Shown: positions 18,963 to 28,573, counted from the stretch's first letter. The stretch: 64,000 bases of DNA from an uncultured Gammaproteobacteria bacterium (GCA_913031205.1 CAJWEM010000003.1:3474-67473); one strand, 5' to 3'. Program-made: numbers and translations. Notes: generated by a model not told the origin, from the sequence alone.

Positions 18963-20000
18963 TTATAAATTTATCTCCATTTGATTTTTAATTCTTAAAT
19001 TTTTTATTTTATCGATAATATTAAGCCTTTTTTTATTTTTTGATAAATTATCTTTATTTAGCTTTGTCTGTAATTTTAGCATTTTCTGATTAATATCGTA
19101 ATTACCTTCTAAGTTTATATTATCTAAAATTTTTTCTACAATATTCCTATTATTACAGACAAAAATACAGTCGCAGCCAGCTTCTAAAGATTTTATTACG
19201 TTATCATCAATATTCCCAAATTTTTCAAGTGCTTTCATGCTTAAATCGTCAGAGTATATTAAACCTCTATATCTTAGATCATTTCTTAAAATCTGTAACC
19301 ATTTTCTAGATAATGTTGGTGGAAACTCATCAACATTCTTGTATAGGACATGTGAAGTCATTATTCCTTCTACATTTTGATTGATGGCTTTTTTATATGG
19401 AAAAAGATCATCCTTATAAATTGTTTTAAAATCTCTGTTGTCCTCGGGCAGAATTTCGTGCGAGTCTGCTTTTGCATATCCGTGTCCCGGATAATGTTTA
19501 CATATGCATGATATTCCAGTCTCTTTTAAGCCTTGGATATATGCTTCTGAAAGAATTGAAACAATTTTTGGAGTCTCTGCAAAACATCTATTCTCCATTA
19601 TAGTGCTCTTAGAATAGTCAATATCTAAAACCGGTGTTGTATTTACGTCTACTCCAAGGGTGCTAAGTTCATAGTTTATCAACCAACCAAGATTTCTTGA
19701 TAGCTCCATAGCATCGTCTGGATCTGCTTTATACTTTTTACCCAAAAGAGAAACTGAAGGTAAATCAGTCAGCCCATCTCTAAATCTTTGAACTTTTTGC
19801 CCCTCTTGATCTACGTAAATAATTAAAGATGGGGATCTGATTGATTTGATATCAGAGATTAGTTTTTTAATCTGCTGAATAGATGTAAAGTTTCTTGAGA
19901 AAAGTATCACTCCACCAATATTTGGGTGCATTAAAACATCGTAGTCGTTTGAAGATAATGTAATACCATCTATATCGACAATTAACTTACCAAGATTCAC
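18963..20000 (-). CDS. nagZ: beta-N-acetylhexosaminidase (GH3, peptidoglycan recycling)
   Basis: 345 aa. GGVILFSRN, VDQEGQKVQRF and KHYPGHG motifs typical of NagZ. Confidence 0.85.
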   Translation of the reverse strand: MNLGKLIVDIDGITLSSNDYDVLMHPNIGGVILFSRNFTSIQQIKKLISDIKSIRSPSLIIYVDQEGQKVQRFRDGLTDLPSVSLLGKKYKADPDDAMELSRNLGWLINYELSTLGVDVNTTPVLDIDYSKSTIMENRCFAETPKIVSILSEAYIQGLKETGISCICKHYPGHGYAKADSHEILPEDNRDFKTIYKDDLFPYKKAINQNVEGIMTSHVLYKNVDEFPPTLSRKWLQILRNDLRYRGLIYSDDLSMKALEKFGNIDDNVIKSLEAGCDCIFVCNNRNIVEKILDNINLEGNYDINQKMLKLQTKLNKDNLSKNKKRLNIIDKIKNLRIKNQMEINL

Positions 20001-20124
20001 TATATAATCCTTTTTCTTAATATATTTTATTTATTAATTATACAAAAAATGTTCATCTTATATAAGTTTAATTATATAATGGTAAAATTAAAACTTACAA
20101 AAAAATTAGTAAAAGGAATTTTAA

Positions 20125-20520
20125 ATGAACAATGCTACTGTGAAAGATATGATTAATCATGCGAAGCAAGGTCTTCAAGAAAGAACTGTAAATGAGGTTC
20201 AAAATATGCTTAATAATAAAGATATTTGCATCATTGACATAAGGGATTCATCAGAATGTATAGAGAACGGAATTATTCCTGGCTCATTTCATGTTTCTAG
20301 AGGTGTTCTAGAGTTCAATGCTGATCCAGAATGTGAATATTACAAAGATTTTTTTGATAAAAATGTGGAAATACTTTTGTATTGCCATACTGGTAGTAGA
20401 TCTGCCTTGGCCTCACTAACTTTAAGACAAATGGGTTACAAAAAAGTGTCTCATATGAAAGGTGGTTTTAAAGATTGGATGAGAAAAATTGGCAATATTG
20501 ACGACTATAAAGTAATGTAA
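20125..20520 (+). CDS. single-domain rhodanese (sulfurtransferase)
   Basis: 131 aa. Active-site loop YCHTGSRS (CxxxxR) and IPGSFHV motif. Confidence 0.8.
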   Translation: MNNATVKDMINHAKQGLQERTVNEVQNMLNNKDICIIDIRDSSECIENGIIPGSFHVSRGVLEFNADPECEYYKDFFDKNVEILLYCHTGSRSALASLTLRQMGYKKVSHMKGGFKDWMRKIGNIDDYKVM

Positions 20521-20560
20521 GCACATAAAATTTATATGAAAATCTGATTTAATAAATAAT

Positions 20561-20713
20561 CTATTCAGTATCTTTTTTTGTATTTTCCACAAGTTTCTTA
20601 TTTGTTTCTACAATTTGGTCTAGTTGCTCATTGATTGAGTCAAGACTTTTACTAATTGAGAATAAAATTAACATTATTACTATGCATATAATTGTTAAAA
20701 TTACCATCATCAT
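20561..20713 (-). CDS. unannotated 50-aa single-pass membrane protein
   Basis: Not in the ORF track. GGGAGG sits 6 nt upstream of ATGATGATG. My translation is [50 protein letters not shown]: a hydrophobic helix then an amphipathic charged tail. The SD starts 17 nt after the CCA end of tRNA-Ser. Confidence 0.45.
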   Translation of the reverse strand: MMMVILTIICIVIMLILFSISKSLDSINEQLDQIVETNKKLVENTKKDTE

Positions 20714-20742
20714 AAGTTACCTCCCTTTTTCAAAAATAACAC

Positions 20743-20830
<88 letters not shown>

Positions 20831-20921
20831 TAGAAAATTTAATTAAATTTTCATAATCGTACATATTTACAAGAACGCGATATCACGTTAATGTATAGTA
20901 AATTAATCATGGAGCCAATAT

Positions 20922-21608
20922 ATGAATAATAGCAATACAACCGTTAGAGAACAAGCTAGAACGCTTGAAACAAATAAGGTTTTAAAAAATACTTATATTC
21001 TTTTATCAATGACCTTGCTTTTTAGTGCAACGACTGCTTTTGTCAGCTATATGATGAACATAGGCATAGTCAATCCTTTTATAACACTAGGCCTATATTT
21101 TTTAACTTTGTGGTTAACTACAAAAAATAGGAATAACGGTTTTGGTATATTTTGGGTATTCTGCCTAACTGGCGTTTTAGGATTCACTCTTGGTCCTATT
21201 CTAAATCTTTATGTCAACAATTTAAGTAACGGTTCAGAGATAGTTGCAACATCTTTGCTAATGACTGGATCTATTTTTTTGACACTTTCAGCATACGTTA
21301 ATTATACAAAAAAAGATTTTAGCTTTATGGGTGGGTTTGTTACATCTGGAATTATTCTAGCTTTTGTCGCAAGTATAATTCTTCTTATATCATCAATGAT
21401 GGGCTATTACTTTCCAATATTATCACTTGGTATATCTGGTTTATTCGCGATGCTCATGTGTGGATTGATTTTATTTCAAACAAGTTCGATAATACATGGT
21501 GGCGAGACAAACTATGTAATGGCTACAGTGACTTTATATATATCTATATATAACTTGTTTGTAAGTCTTTTACATATTCTTGCAGCCTTTATGGGGAATA
21601 GAGACTAA
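20922..21608 (+). CDS. Bax inhibitor-1/YccA family membrane protein
   Basis: 228 aa, seven TM helices. N-terminal LKNTYILLSMTLLFSA is typical of the BI-1/YccA family. Confidence 0.8.
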   Translation: MNNSNTTVREQARTLETNKVLKNTYILLSMTLLFSATTAFVSYMMNIGIVNPFITLGLYFLTLWLTTKNRNNGFGIFWVFCLTGVLGFTLGPILNLYVNNLSNGSEIVATSLLMTGSIFLTLSAYVNYTKKDFSFMGGFVTSGIILAFVASIILLISSMMGYYFPILSLGISGLFAMLMCGLILFQTSSIIHGGETNYVMATVTLYISIYNLFVSLLHILAAFMGNRD

Positions 21609-21634
21609 AAATATGATTTGTAGGGGGAATACAA

Positions 21635-21907
21635 ATGCCGAAATTTATAATTGAAAGAGATATTACAGATGCTGGTTCGTTGACGAATGATGAGTTACAA
21701 GGCATATCTCAGAAATCTTGCGAAGTATTAAAAAAACTTGGCACAGAGATCCAGTGGCTTGAGAGTTACGTTACAAAGGATAAAGTTTATTGTGTTTATA
21801 TAGCTCCAAATGAAGAGTTAATAAAAGAGCATGCGAAGGAAGGTGGCTTCCCTGCAAACAAAATAAGCGCGGTTACGAAAACTATAGACCCAACAACTGC
21901 AGATTAA
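21635..21907 (+). CDS. DUF4242 family protein
   Basis: 90 aa. MPKFIIERD...W..SYVT.DK.YCVY.A...E.I..HA..GGFPA pattern of DUF4242. Confidence 0.6.
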   Translation: MPKFIIERDITDAGSLTNDELQGISQKSCEVLKKLGTEIQWLESYVTKDKVYCVYIAPNEELIKEHAKEGGFPANKISAVTKTIDPTTAD

Positions 21908-21916
21908 TAAAATTTT

Positions 21917-22429
21917 TCACTTTTTGATTTCGGAGTTGATAAAAGAGATAAATTCTGGGCTATCCCATTGTTTTTCTCCTTCAACGCTATAAACTACCTG
22001 TCCTTTATTATTAACGAGAAAGGTTGTCGGTATTGCTTGAACACTCCATTCTGTTAGATCCATATTTTCATCAAGAAGAATCATAAAATCGATTTTAGGG
22101 ACATCATTTAGAAATTTTTCAACAACAGTCTTATCTTGACCTATATTTATAGCAATAACTTGAAAATTATTATTAATACTAAGTTTTTTATGTAAATTAT
22201 TAAGAGATGGAATTTCATTAACACAAGGTTTACACCAAGTAGCCCAAAAATTAACCAGTAGATATGATCCCTTGAGCTGTTGAAAATTTATAAGATTGCC
22301 ATTTATATCATATAAACTAAAGTCAGCTGGCTTAACATTATCAACTTTATTCATTAGAGATGACTTGTGATCAGAGCAAGACAGAAGAGTTAGAAACGTT
22401 AGAACAAAAAAGATGTAAGGCTTTTTCAT
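21917..22429 (-). CDS. TlpA-like periplasmic thiol:disulfide oxidoreductase
   Basis: 170 aa. Lipoprotein-like signal (LLSCS) and FWATWCKPC thioredoxin motif. Starts directly after the CCP/MauG-like gene stop. Confidence 0.8.
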   Translation of the reverse strand: MKKPYIFFVLTFLTLLSCSDHKSSLMNKVDNVKPADFSLYDINGNLINFQQLKGSYLLVNFWATWCKPCVNEIPSLNNLHKKLSINNNFQVIAINIGQDKTVVEKFLNDVPKIDFMILLDENMDLTEWSVQAIPTTFLVNNKGQVVYSVEGEKQWDSPEFISFINSEIKK

Positions 22430-23761
22430 TTATTCGTTATATCCCATATCTTTTTTATTTGCCCAGTTTGGGTCGTTTTTTGTGAGGTCTCCAACCGGCG
22501 TTGCTAGTGCATCAGCAATTAAAACATCTATATTTTCTCCAACTAAGGATTCTAAAAATATTTTCAGGTTCGTCTTTTCTTTTTTCGATAAATTAAGCTT
22601 TTTTATCATGGGGCTAAGCAATTCATTATCAAACCCACCTTGATCATAAAAATCAATTACCTCGTCTAGACTTCCAAAAATACCATTATGCATGTAAGGA
22701 GCCGTTAGCGAAATATTTCTAAGGCTGGGCGTACGAAATAACCATCTATGTGATGGGTTCTCAGTAATACTATAGAGGCCTAGATCATTTTTTCTTTTTT
22801 GTTGATTAACACTTTGAATGATTTTATTATCAACCTCAACATATTCACCTGGCGCTAATTGAACTAATGTCTTTTTACTATTTAGCATACCCATAGATTC
22901 AGCATAACCGACGCCAGTATTATGTAGTTTATTATCAAAGAATAATGCATAGTTTTCACTAATACTATGACAACTAGCACAATTGCCCTTTCCAACAAAA
23001 ATTTTAAAACCTTCTTTCACACTATTATTTACAGCATTTTCGTCCCTGCCAAAATACCATCTATCGAAAGGAGAGTTTGCTGATATTAGTGATCTCTCGT
23101 AGCTTGCAATAGCTTTTCCAAAAGTAATCATATTCATACCTTCTCCGGGAAAAGCCTCTTCGAACAACTTTTTATATCCTGAAATCAACTCTAATTTTTT
23201 TAACGTAAATCCAAATGATGGCATTGCCATTTCTGAATGAGCAAGTATCGGTTGCCATACTTGGTTTTCAAGTGAATATTCACGCGCATCATGAAATAAA
23301 AACTTATTATAAGCAACATTCAAAAGGGTTGGGGTGTTCCTTAAGTTCGAACGACCTTCGATACCAACGGCAGTTCTAATCTCATTACTTGTAAACCCCT
23401 GTTCTGGAACATGACACATGGCACATGACATCGTATTATTGAGAGAAAGTCTTCTATCAAAAAATAATTTTTTTCCAAGCTCAATTTTTTTTCTAGAGAC
23501 TGGATTATCCTCTGGAATGACTAACTCAGGCAAACCAAGCTGCTTTAATGTTACAAATTTTATTAAATCCGCACTTTTCCCTTTTCTGTCACTAAGGCTA
23601 AGAGAGTTTGTTTCGTAATCTTTTGAATTGTAACCATCTTTATTGTCTCCTGGGCCTGAGTAATTGGATAACTCACTAGCCAAGGCAAACTGAATAACAG
23701 AAAAAAGAATTAACAAAAGGAATATTTTATTCAATTTATTTTTAGTAAATATCTCACTCAT
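22430..23761 (-). CDS. di-haem cytochrome c peroxidase / MauG family protein
   Basis: 443 aa with a signal peptide. Two CXXCH motifs (CAMCH, CASCH) and TAPYMHNG near the C-terminus. Confidence 0.85.
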   Translation of the reverse strand: MSEIFTKNKLNKIFLLLILFSVIQFALASELSNYSGPGDNKDGYNSKDYETNSLSLSDRKGKSADLIKFVTLKQLGLPELVIPEDNPVSRKKIELGKKLFFDRRLSLNNTMSCAMCHVPEQGFTSNEIRTAVGIEGRSNLRNTPTLLNVAYNKFLFHDAREYSLENQVWQPILAHSEMAMPSFGFTLKKLELISGYKKLFEEAFPGEGMNMITFGKAIASYERSLISANSPFDRWYFGRDENAVNNSVKEGFKIFVGKGNCASCHSISENYALFFDNKLHNTGVGYAESMGMLNSKKTLVQLAPGEYVEVDNKIIQSVNQQKRKNDLGLYSITENPSHRWLFRTPSLRNISLTAPYMHNGIFGSLDEVIDFYDQGGFDNELLSPMIKKLNLSKKEKTNLKIFLESLVGENIDVLIADALATPVGDLTKNDPNWANKKDMGYNE

Positions 23762-24455
23762 TACTTAATAATAGTGTTTTTATGTCGTTAATCAATAGGT
23801 CTGGGTGAAGAAAATCCACATTGTATACATTTCTTATAAATTTTTTCTCATCAATTAGGTAAACTCTTAGAAGATGCGACTCTACTCCGTCATATGACCC
23901 GTCATCCTTGTATTTTCTAATTACTGGCTGGTCGTAATTATCTAGAATTGGTGCAAGTTTTTCGTAGGAATCTGTAGTCAGAAAATCCCAATCAGCATCA
24001 ATATAGCTTAAATCTTTTCCATAAAGTGACATTATTTCTGGCGTGTCAAAAATTGGGTCAAAACTCAAGCTAACCATCTTAAGTTTTTTTAGTAAATTTT
24101 TATTATTTTTTAGTTTTTCTTGAATTTTATAAAAAACAGAAGTAGCTAATGGGCAGCCATTTGTATCAGTACAGTTGCTATAAATAAAGCTTAATAGAGT
24201 AACTTTATTTTTCATTAGATTGTGTAAATTATCAGGATTGCCATTCTGCTTTATTACTTCGCCATCACCAGATTTTCTAATTTTAAAAAGCTCATATGAA
24301 CCTACTTTAGGAAGATCATATCCAAGATTGTCTCTCCAACCAATTGCTAAATTTGTTCTTTCGCTTTTGATAAGCTCTCTCTCATTCTTTAAATCTTTGT
24401 CAGAGACAGCAGTATTACAATATATCAACAATGTAATAAAAATTAATTTTTTCAT
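23754..24455 (-). CDS. SCO1/SenC-like copper chaperone with an atypical Cys motif
   Basis: 233 aa with a signal peptide. Thioredoxin-like SCO fold (VTLLSFIYSNCTDTNGCPLAT ... SHLLRVYLID). The cysteines are spaced C-X5-C rather than C-X3-C. Confidence 0.65.
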   Translation of the reverse strand: MKKLIFITLLIYCNTAVSDKDLKNERELIKSERTNLAIGWRDNLGYDLPKVGSYELFKIRKSGDGEVIKQNGNPDNLHNLMKNKVTLLSFIYSNCTDTNGCPLATSVFYKIQEKLKNNKNLLKKLKMVSLSFDPIFDTPEIMSLYGKDLSYIDADWDFLTTDSYEKLAPILDNYDQPVIRKYKDDGSYDGVESHLLRVYLIDEKKFIRNVYNVDFLHPDLLINDIKTLLLSNE

Positions 24456-24460
24456 AAAAA

Positions 24461-24487
24461 TAAAAAAAGGCTAACTATGTTAGCCTT
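24461..24487 (-). terminator. rho-independent terminator/attenuator after the SBP56 gene
   Basis: The minus-strand RNA reads AAGGCUAAC-AUA-GUUAGCCUU followed by UUUUUAUUUUU. This gives a 9-bp stem, a 3-nt loop and a U-tract that runs into the ATG of the next gene. Confidence 0.6.
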
Positions 24488-24517
24488 AATTTTATCACTT
24501 TGAAATTAATTAATAAA

Positions 24518-25873
24518 TTACTTATCAAGCAAAGTTATGTCTTTCTTATTATTTTCTGTTTTGCTTGAATAGAGTGAGTATGCTCCGAATCTCATTTGAT
24601 GGGCTCTACCTAATTTTTCTTTATAAAAATCAACGGTCCACTTGTGTGTTAACTCAAGTTTCTCGTCATCCCATTCATAAAGTTTAACCCATTGCATATC
24701 ACCATTCGCATCTTTATCCCAATTACTTAATAAAGATGGAGTGAAGTATGCTCTTTTACCATCCCAGCTCTGAGATATCATGTTGACTTGGCCTCCAATC
24801 TCTTCGCCAAATGTTTGAACTGGATTAAATGGATCCGAAATATCAAAGTATCTTGCAGTACCATCCATAAAAGTATTTACCCATAAGCCTTTGTCATCTG
24901 CAGTAATTGAGATATCAACAGGCAATGGAACTTTTGCAGGGTCTCCAATATCAGCAACAGCTTTTCCTTGCCATTCGCCATTTTTATCTTCATAAATTAA
25001 CCAAATTTTTGATGTAAGAGCTGTAGTTGTAAAACAATAATTATTATTTGCTCCCCAAGCGCATCTTATTTCTAATGGCGCTCCAGGTACATCGATTACT
25101 TTCTTTGGTTTTCTTGTATGAAGATCCCATACAACCATTGTGTTACCAAATCTTTTCATAGCTTCGCCATCTTGCAGCATTTGGCCAAAATCCATCATAT
25201 AGTTAGACCACCCAGTGAAAGAGGAAGTCAGCATAATGTTTCTTCTTGGTTGAACTCTAACATCATACCCATATCCGTCTGCAAATTTCCCTTCCTTCTT
25301 TGCGCCTCTTAAGTCGCCATCAGTCGGTAGCCAATGAGAAGCAATAAATTCACCTTTACTATTGTATTCCGCTAAACCTGTTCTTCCTCCATTATCTGTA
25401 TTATTGGAAAGTCCAGATACCATTACTCTACCTGGTAAAGCGTAGAATGTGTGAGGCCCAGTAATACCGCCAGTTTTCTCAACAAAATCAGTTATAACTT
25501 TGTGAAGTGTTGGCTTTCTTGGGTTTGTGTGAACATTAAAAATAAAAATTTTATTACTATCTAAGCCACCAGCCCAAAGGTATTTCCTGTCATCACTTAG
25601 GCCCGAATGGTGAGCTTCATTTCTTCCGCCTACTGAAAGAACGCTTACAACTTTGGAATATGTTTTTGATTTAGGGTTAACATCTATAGTTACAAGCTTA
25701 TCCTGCTCATCACCAAGACCCTCAACACCTAATGTCCAAACATAGACATAATCCTCTTGTCCTACAATTTTAGCCATATATGGAGACATACAAGTCTCAT
25801 CAGCAAATGACATGTGGCTAAATATATAAAAGACTGCCCCTAGAATAGAGATCCCTAACTTTCTTAAATGCAT
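24518..25873 (-). CDS. mtoX: SBP56 (selenium-binding protein) family protein, candidate Cu-dependent methanethiol oxidase
   Basis: 451 aa with a signal peptide. Blocks TIDVNPKS, EAHHSG, GPHTFYALPG, YDVRVQPRRN, PLEIRCAWG and DGKRAYFTPSLLSNWDK align well with my recollection of human SELENBP1. Flanked by SCO1/SenC and MauG-like genes. Confidence 0.8.
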   Translation of the reverse strand: MHLRKLGISILGAVFYIFSHMSFADETCMSPYMAKIVGQEDYVYVWTLGVEGLGDEQDKLVTIDVNPKSKTYSKVVSVLSVGGRNEAHHSGLSDDRKYLWAGGLDSNKIFIFNVHTNPRKPTLHKVITDFVEKTGGITGPHTFYALPGRVMVSGLSNNTDNGGRTGLAEYNSKGEFIASHWLPTDGDLRGAKKEGKFADGYGYDVRVQPRRNIMLTSSFTGWSNYMMDFGQMLQDGEAMKRFGNTMVVWDLHTRKPKKVIDVPGAPLEIRCAWGANNNYCFTTTALTSKIWLIYEDKNGEWQGKAVADIGDPAKVPLPVDISITADDKGLWVNTFMDGTARYFDISDPFNPVQTFGEEIGGQVNMISQSWDGKRAYFTPSLLSNWDKDANGDMQWVKLYEWDDEKLELTHKWTVDFYKEKLGRAHQMRFGAYSLYSSKTENNKKDITLLDK

Positions 25874-26023
25874 AGCTTTTCCTCATTCGTTATAGTTCTT
25901 GAATCTGTTATTATGAACTATTAAGCTTTAACGTCAAGGCAATATGGAATTTTTAGAATTTTTGCATAAATATCTGAACTACTATATAAAAAATGCACAG
26001 TAACGAGACAATCGAACTTTTTT

Positions 26024-26617
26024 TTGGAGAATTCATTGAAAATCAATATTTTAAATAAACTAGCTAGGTTTTTTCTCATATTTGGATTTTTACTAGCTTA
26101 CAATGCAAATGCAGAAATCGGAGGTGACTTCACTCTCAAAGATTATAATAACAATAAGTATAATTTATATAGCTCATCAAAAGAGAAAATCATCTTTTTC
26201 GGCTTTTTGAATTGTCCAGATATATGTCCTGCCACACTCTCAGAAGTATCAAATCTTTTAAAAAAACTTCGGGGTTTATCTAAAAGAATAGATCCAATTT
26301 TTATTACAGTTGATCCAGAAAGAGATAAGCCTGATCTTATGAAAAATTATCTTTCGTTTTTTGACGAAAGAATAATAGGATTGACTGGCTCCCAAGATCA
26401 AATAGAAAAAGTTGCTAATCAATATCATGTATATTACTCATACCAAGATAAAGGTAAGAAAGATAATTATACAGTTAATCATACAGCAAATATATATTTT
26501 CTTAATAAAGACAATAAAATTGAAAAAATTTTCATCCCAGGAACTCCTTTTTCAGAATTTTATAAGTATGTAAATAGGTACTTAATGAAAGAAGTAAAAA
26601 ATTTACCACTTAAATAA
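26024..26617 (+). CDS. SCO1/SenC copper chaperone (canonical)
   Basis: 197 aa, TTG start. FFGFLNCPDICPATL C-X3-C motif and the downstream His (VNHTANIYFLN). Divergent from the SBP56 gene. Confidence 0.8.
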   Translation: MENSLKINILNKLARFFLIFGFLLAYNANAEIGGDFTLKDYNNNKYNLYSSSKEKIIFFGFLNCPDICPATLSEVSNLLKKLRGLSKRIDPIFITVDPERDKPDLMKNYLSFFDERIIGLTGSQDQIEKVANQYHVYYSYQDKGKKDNYTVNHTANIYFLNKDNKIEKIFIPGTPFSEFYKYVNRYLMKEVKNLPLK

Positions 26618-26628
26618 ACTTTTCGTTT

Positions 26629-27300
26629 TTATATATTTTTATTTTTTTTAGAAAGCTTATATAAGAAACTAGTCGCCCAAACAATTAAAGCTCCAAATAA
26701 AGGAGTCCAATTTAAATCTCCGTAGAATTCTACAGTAGCGACATCAGATTGAATCATTTCTCCACCAATCCAACCTAACAAAAAACCTCCGAGATAAATA
26801 ATTTGCGGATATTTATCTATTAATTTTAAAATTATTTTACTTCCCCATATTATAATTGGAACACTTAAAAGCAAACCAAATATAACGATATATATATTTC
26901 CGTCGGCAGCTGCTGCAATAGCTAGCGAATTATCAAAGCTCATTACAAAATCAGCAATGATTATTGTTTTAACAGCGGCCAGTAATCTATTCTCTGGTTT
27001 GACATTTATATTCATCTCATGACTATCTAAACAAAGCTTTACTCCAATCCATATTAATAAAACTCCCCCAATTATTTTCAAACCGTAAATAGCTAGTAAA
27101 TAGGTTGCAAAAAATACCATCAAAACTCTTAAAATAATTGCTCCAAGAGCACCATAAAATATTCCAAGTTTTCTTTGCTTCTCTGGAAGATTTTTACATG
27201 CTAGAGCAATTACTATAGCGTTATCACCGCCAAGCACAATATCGATTGCAATAATCTGAAGAATTGATGAGAACTCAGGACTATATAAAAAATTTTCCAT
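26629..27300 (-). CDS. TerC family integral membrane protein
   Basis: 223 aa. Two repeats carrying DIVLGGDNAIVIA and DFVMSFDNSLAIA motifs. Confidence 0.85.
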   Translation of the reverse strand: MENFLYSPEFSSILQIIAIDIVLGGDNAIVIALACKNLPEKQRKLGIFYGALGAIILRVLMVFFATYLLAIYGLKIIGGVLLIWIGVKLCLDSHEMNINVKPENRLLAAVKTIIIADFVMSFDNSLAIAAAADGNIYIVIFGLLLSVPIIIWGSKIILKLIDKYPQIIYLGGFLLGWIGGEMIQSDVATVEFYGDLNWTPLFGALIVWATSFLYKLSKKNKNI

Positions 27301-27351
27301 GTTTCTTGCTTTGAGTTTTAATTACGGGAAATTATACTTTTTAAATAAAGT

Positions 27352-27693
27352 TTAGGATAATTTGTCTATTTTTGCCGCGAGAATAAAATCACTTTCCGCT
27401 AACCCTTGTATGGCATGCGTATAAATTTTTACGTTTGCATAACCCCAGCCATACCACAAATCTGGATGATGCCCCTCTGTTTCTGCTATATCACCAACTT
27501 TATTTACAAATTCTTGGCTAGCAACAAAATTTTTAAACTTGAATTCTTTGATAAGATAAAATTTATCTTTTCCATCTTCTTTAACTGACCAGCCATCAAC
27601 TTTATTGAGATACTCTTGAATCTCATCGAAGGTAAATGGTGGGATTCCTCCTTCACAAGGAACACATTTTTTATTATGTAATTCGTCTGCCAT
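27352..27693 (-). CDS. phhB: pterin-4-alpha-carbinolamine dehydratase
   Basis: 113 aa. CVPCEGG N-terminus and the ETEGHHPDLWYGWGYANV catalytic His block. Confidence 0.85.
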   Translation of the reverse strand: MADELHNKKCVPCEGGIPPFTFDEIQEYLNKVDGWSVKEDGKDKFYLIKEFKFKNFVASQEFVNKVGDIAETEGHHPDLWYGWGYANVKIYTHAIQGLAESDFILAAKIDKLS

Positions 27694-27748
27694 AATTATT
27701 AAAGAAATTTATTTTTTTAAAACATAACATATTGTAAAAATTTTGCAA

Positions 27749-28573
27749 TTACCCTATTTTAATATTATAGGCAACATCAATTGCTTGTTTATTTTGCCAT
27801 ACATCATGAACTCTGAAAATATTTATATCTGCCATGACTCCAAGTGCTGAAGTTGCACATGTTCCTGATATCCTATCTTCTGGATTATTTTGGCCCGAAA
27901 TCTCACCAAAAAGTCGCTTTCTACTTGCTCCTAGTAAAGTATAAAAACCGAGTGATGAGAACTCATTTAAATTCTTCAAAATCTCTAGGTTATGTTCTGT
28001 TTTTTTACCAAAGCCAATTCCTGGGTCTAAAATAATTTTTTCCTTTGCAATACCAATTTCTATAGCTTTTTTTGCTTGATCAACTAGGAAGTTTTTAACT
28101 TCTAGAGTAACATTGTTATATGTTGGGTTTTCTTGCATAGTCTTTGGATCACCTTGCATATGCATTATACAATAATATGAATCTGATCTTGCAACCAACG
28201 GCATCATTTTTTCATCGTCAGTTCCTCCACTAACATCGTTTATCATTTCTACACCAAGATCGATTACAGTCTCGGCAACTTCAGCTGAAGTTGTGTCAAC
28301 GCTTATCATTATTTCGTCTGGAATAATTTTTTTAAGTTGAGAAATTACATCCACTATTCTTCTTTTTTGCTCAATCGGAGAAACTCTATCTGAGCCTGGT
28401 TTTGTCGATTCCCCTCCAATATCGATTATTCTTGCGCCTTGTTCTATCATTATTAGAGCCCTATCAACTGCTGACTTTGTAGATGGGTATGCGCCACCAT
28501 CAGAAAAACTATCTGGAGTAACGTTAAGAATACCCATAATTATTGGCTTTTTAAAATTAAAATTATTTTTCAT
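27749..28573 (-). CDS. folP: dihydropteroate synthase
   Basis: 274 aa. IMGILNVTPDSFSDGG, IIDIGGESTKPG, INDVSGG and DPGIGFGK motifs. Confidence 0.9.
   Translation of the reverse strand: MKNNFNFKKPIIMGILNVTPDSFSDGGAYPSTKSAVDRALIMIEQGARIIDIGGESTKPGSDRVSPIEQKRRIVDVISQLKKIIPDEIMISVDTTSAEVAETVIDLGVEMINDVSGGTDDEKMMPLVARSDSYYCIMHMQGDPKTMQENPTYNNVTLEVKNFLVDQAKKAIEIGIAKEKIILDPGIGFGKKTEHNLEILKNLNEFSSLGFYTLLGASRKRLFGEISGQNNPEDRISGTCATSALGVMADINIFRVHDVWQNKQAIDVAYNIKIG

Noticed and set aside
25874-26023. Tandem GAATTTTT-A-GAATTTTT and AGTTC-N16-GAACT elements in the mtoX/SCO1 divergent promoter region
   Set aside because: These are short, AT-rich and unsupported by any second copy in the window. They are plausible operator candidates but indistinguishable from chance without comparative data.
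27352-28573. Pterin-4a-carbinolamine dehydratase next to folP as a possible novel pterin or folate module
   Set aside because: Orphan PCD genes without phhA are widespread. The adjacency to folP can be explained by dense packing, and there is no sequence anomaly in either gene.
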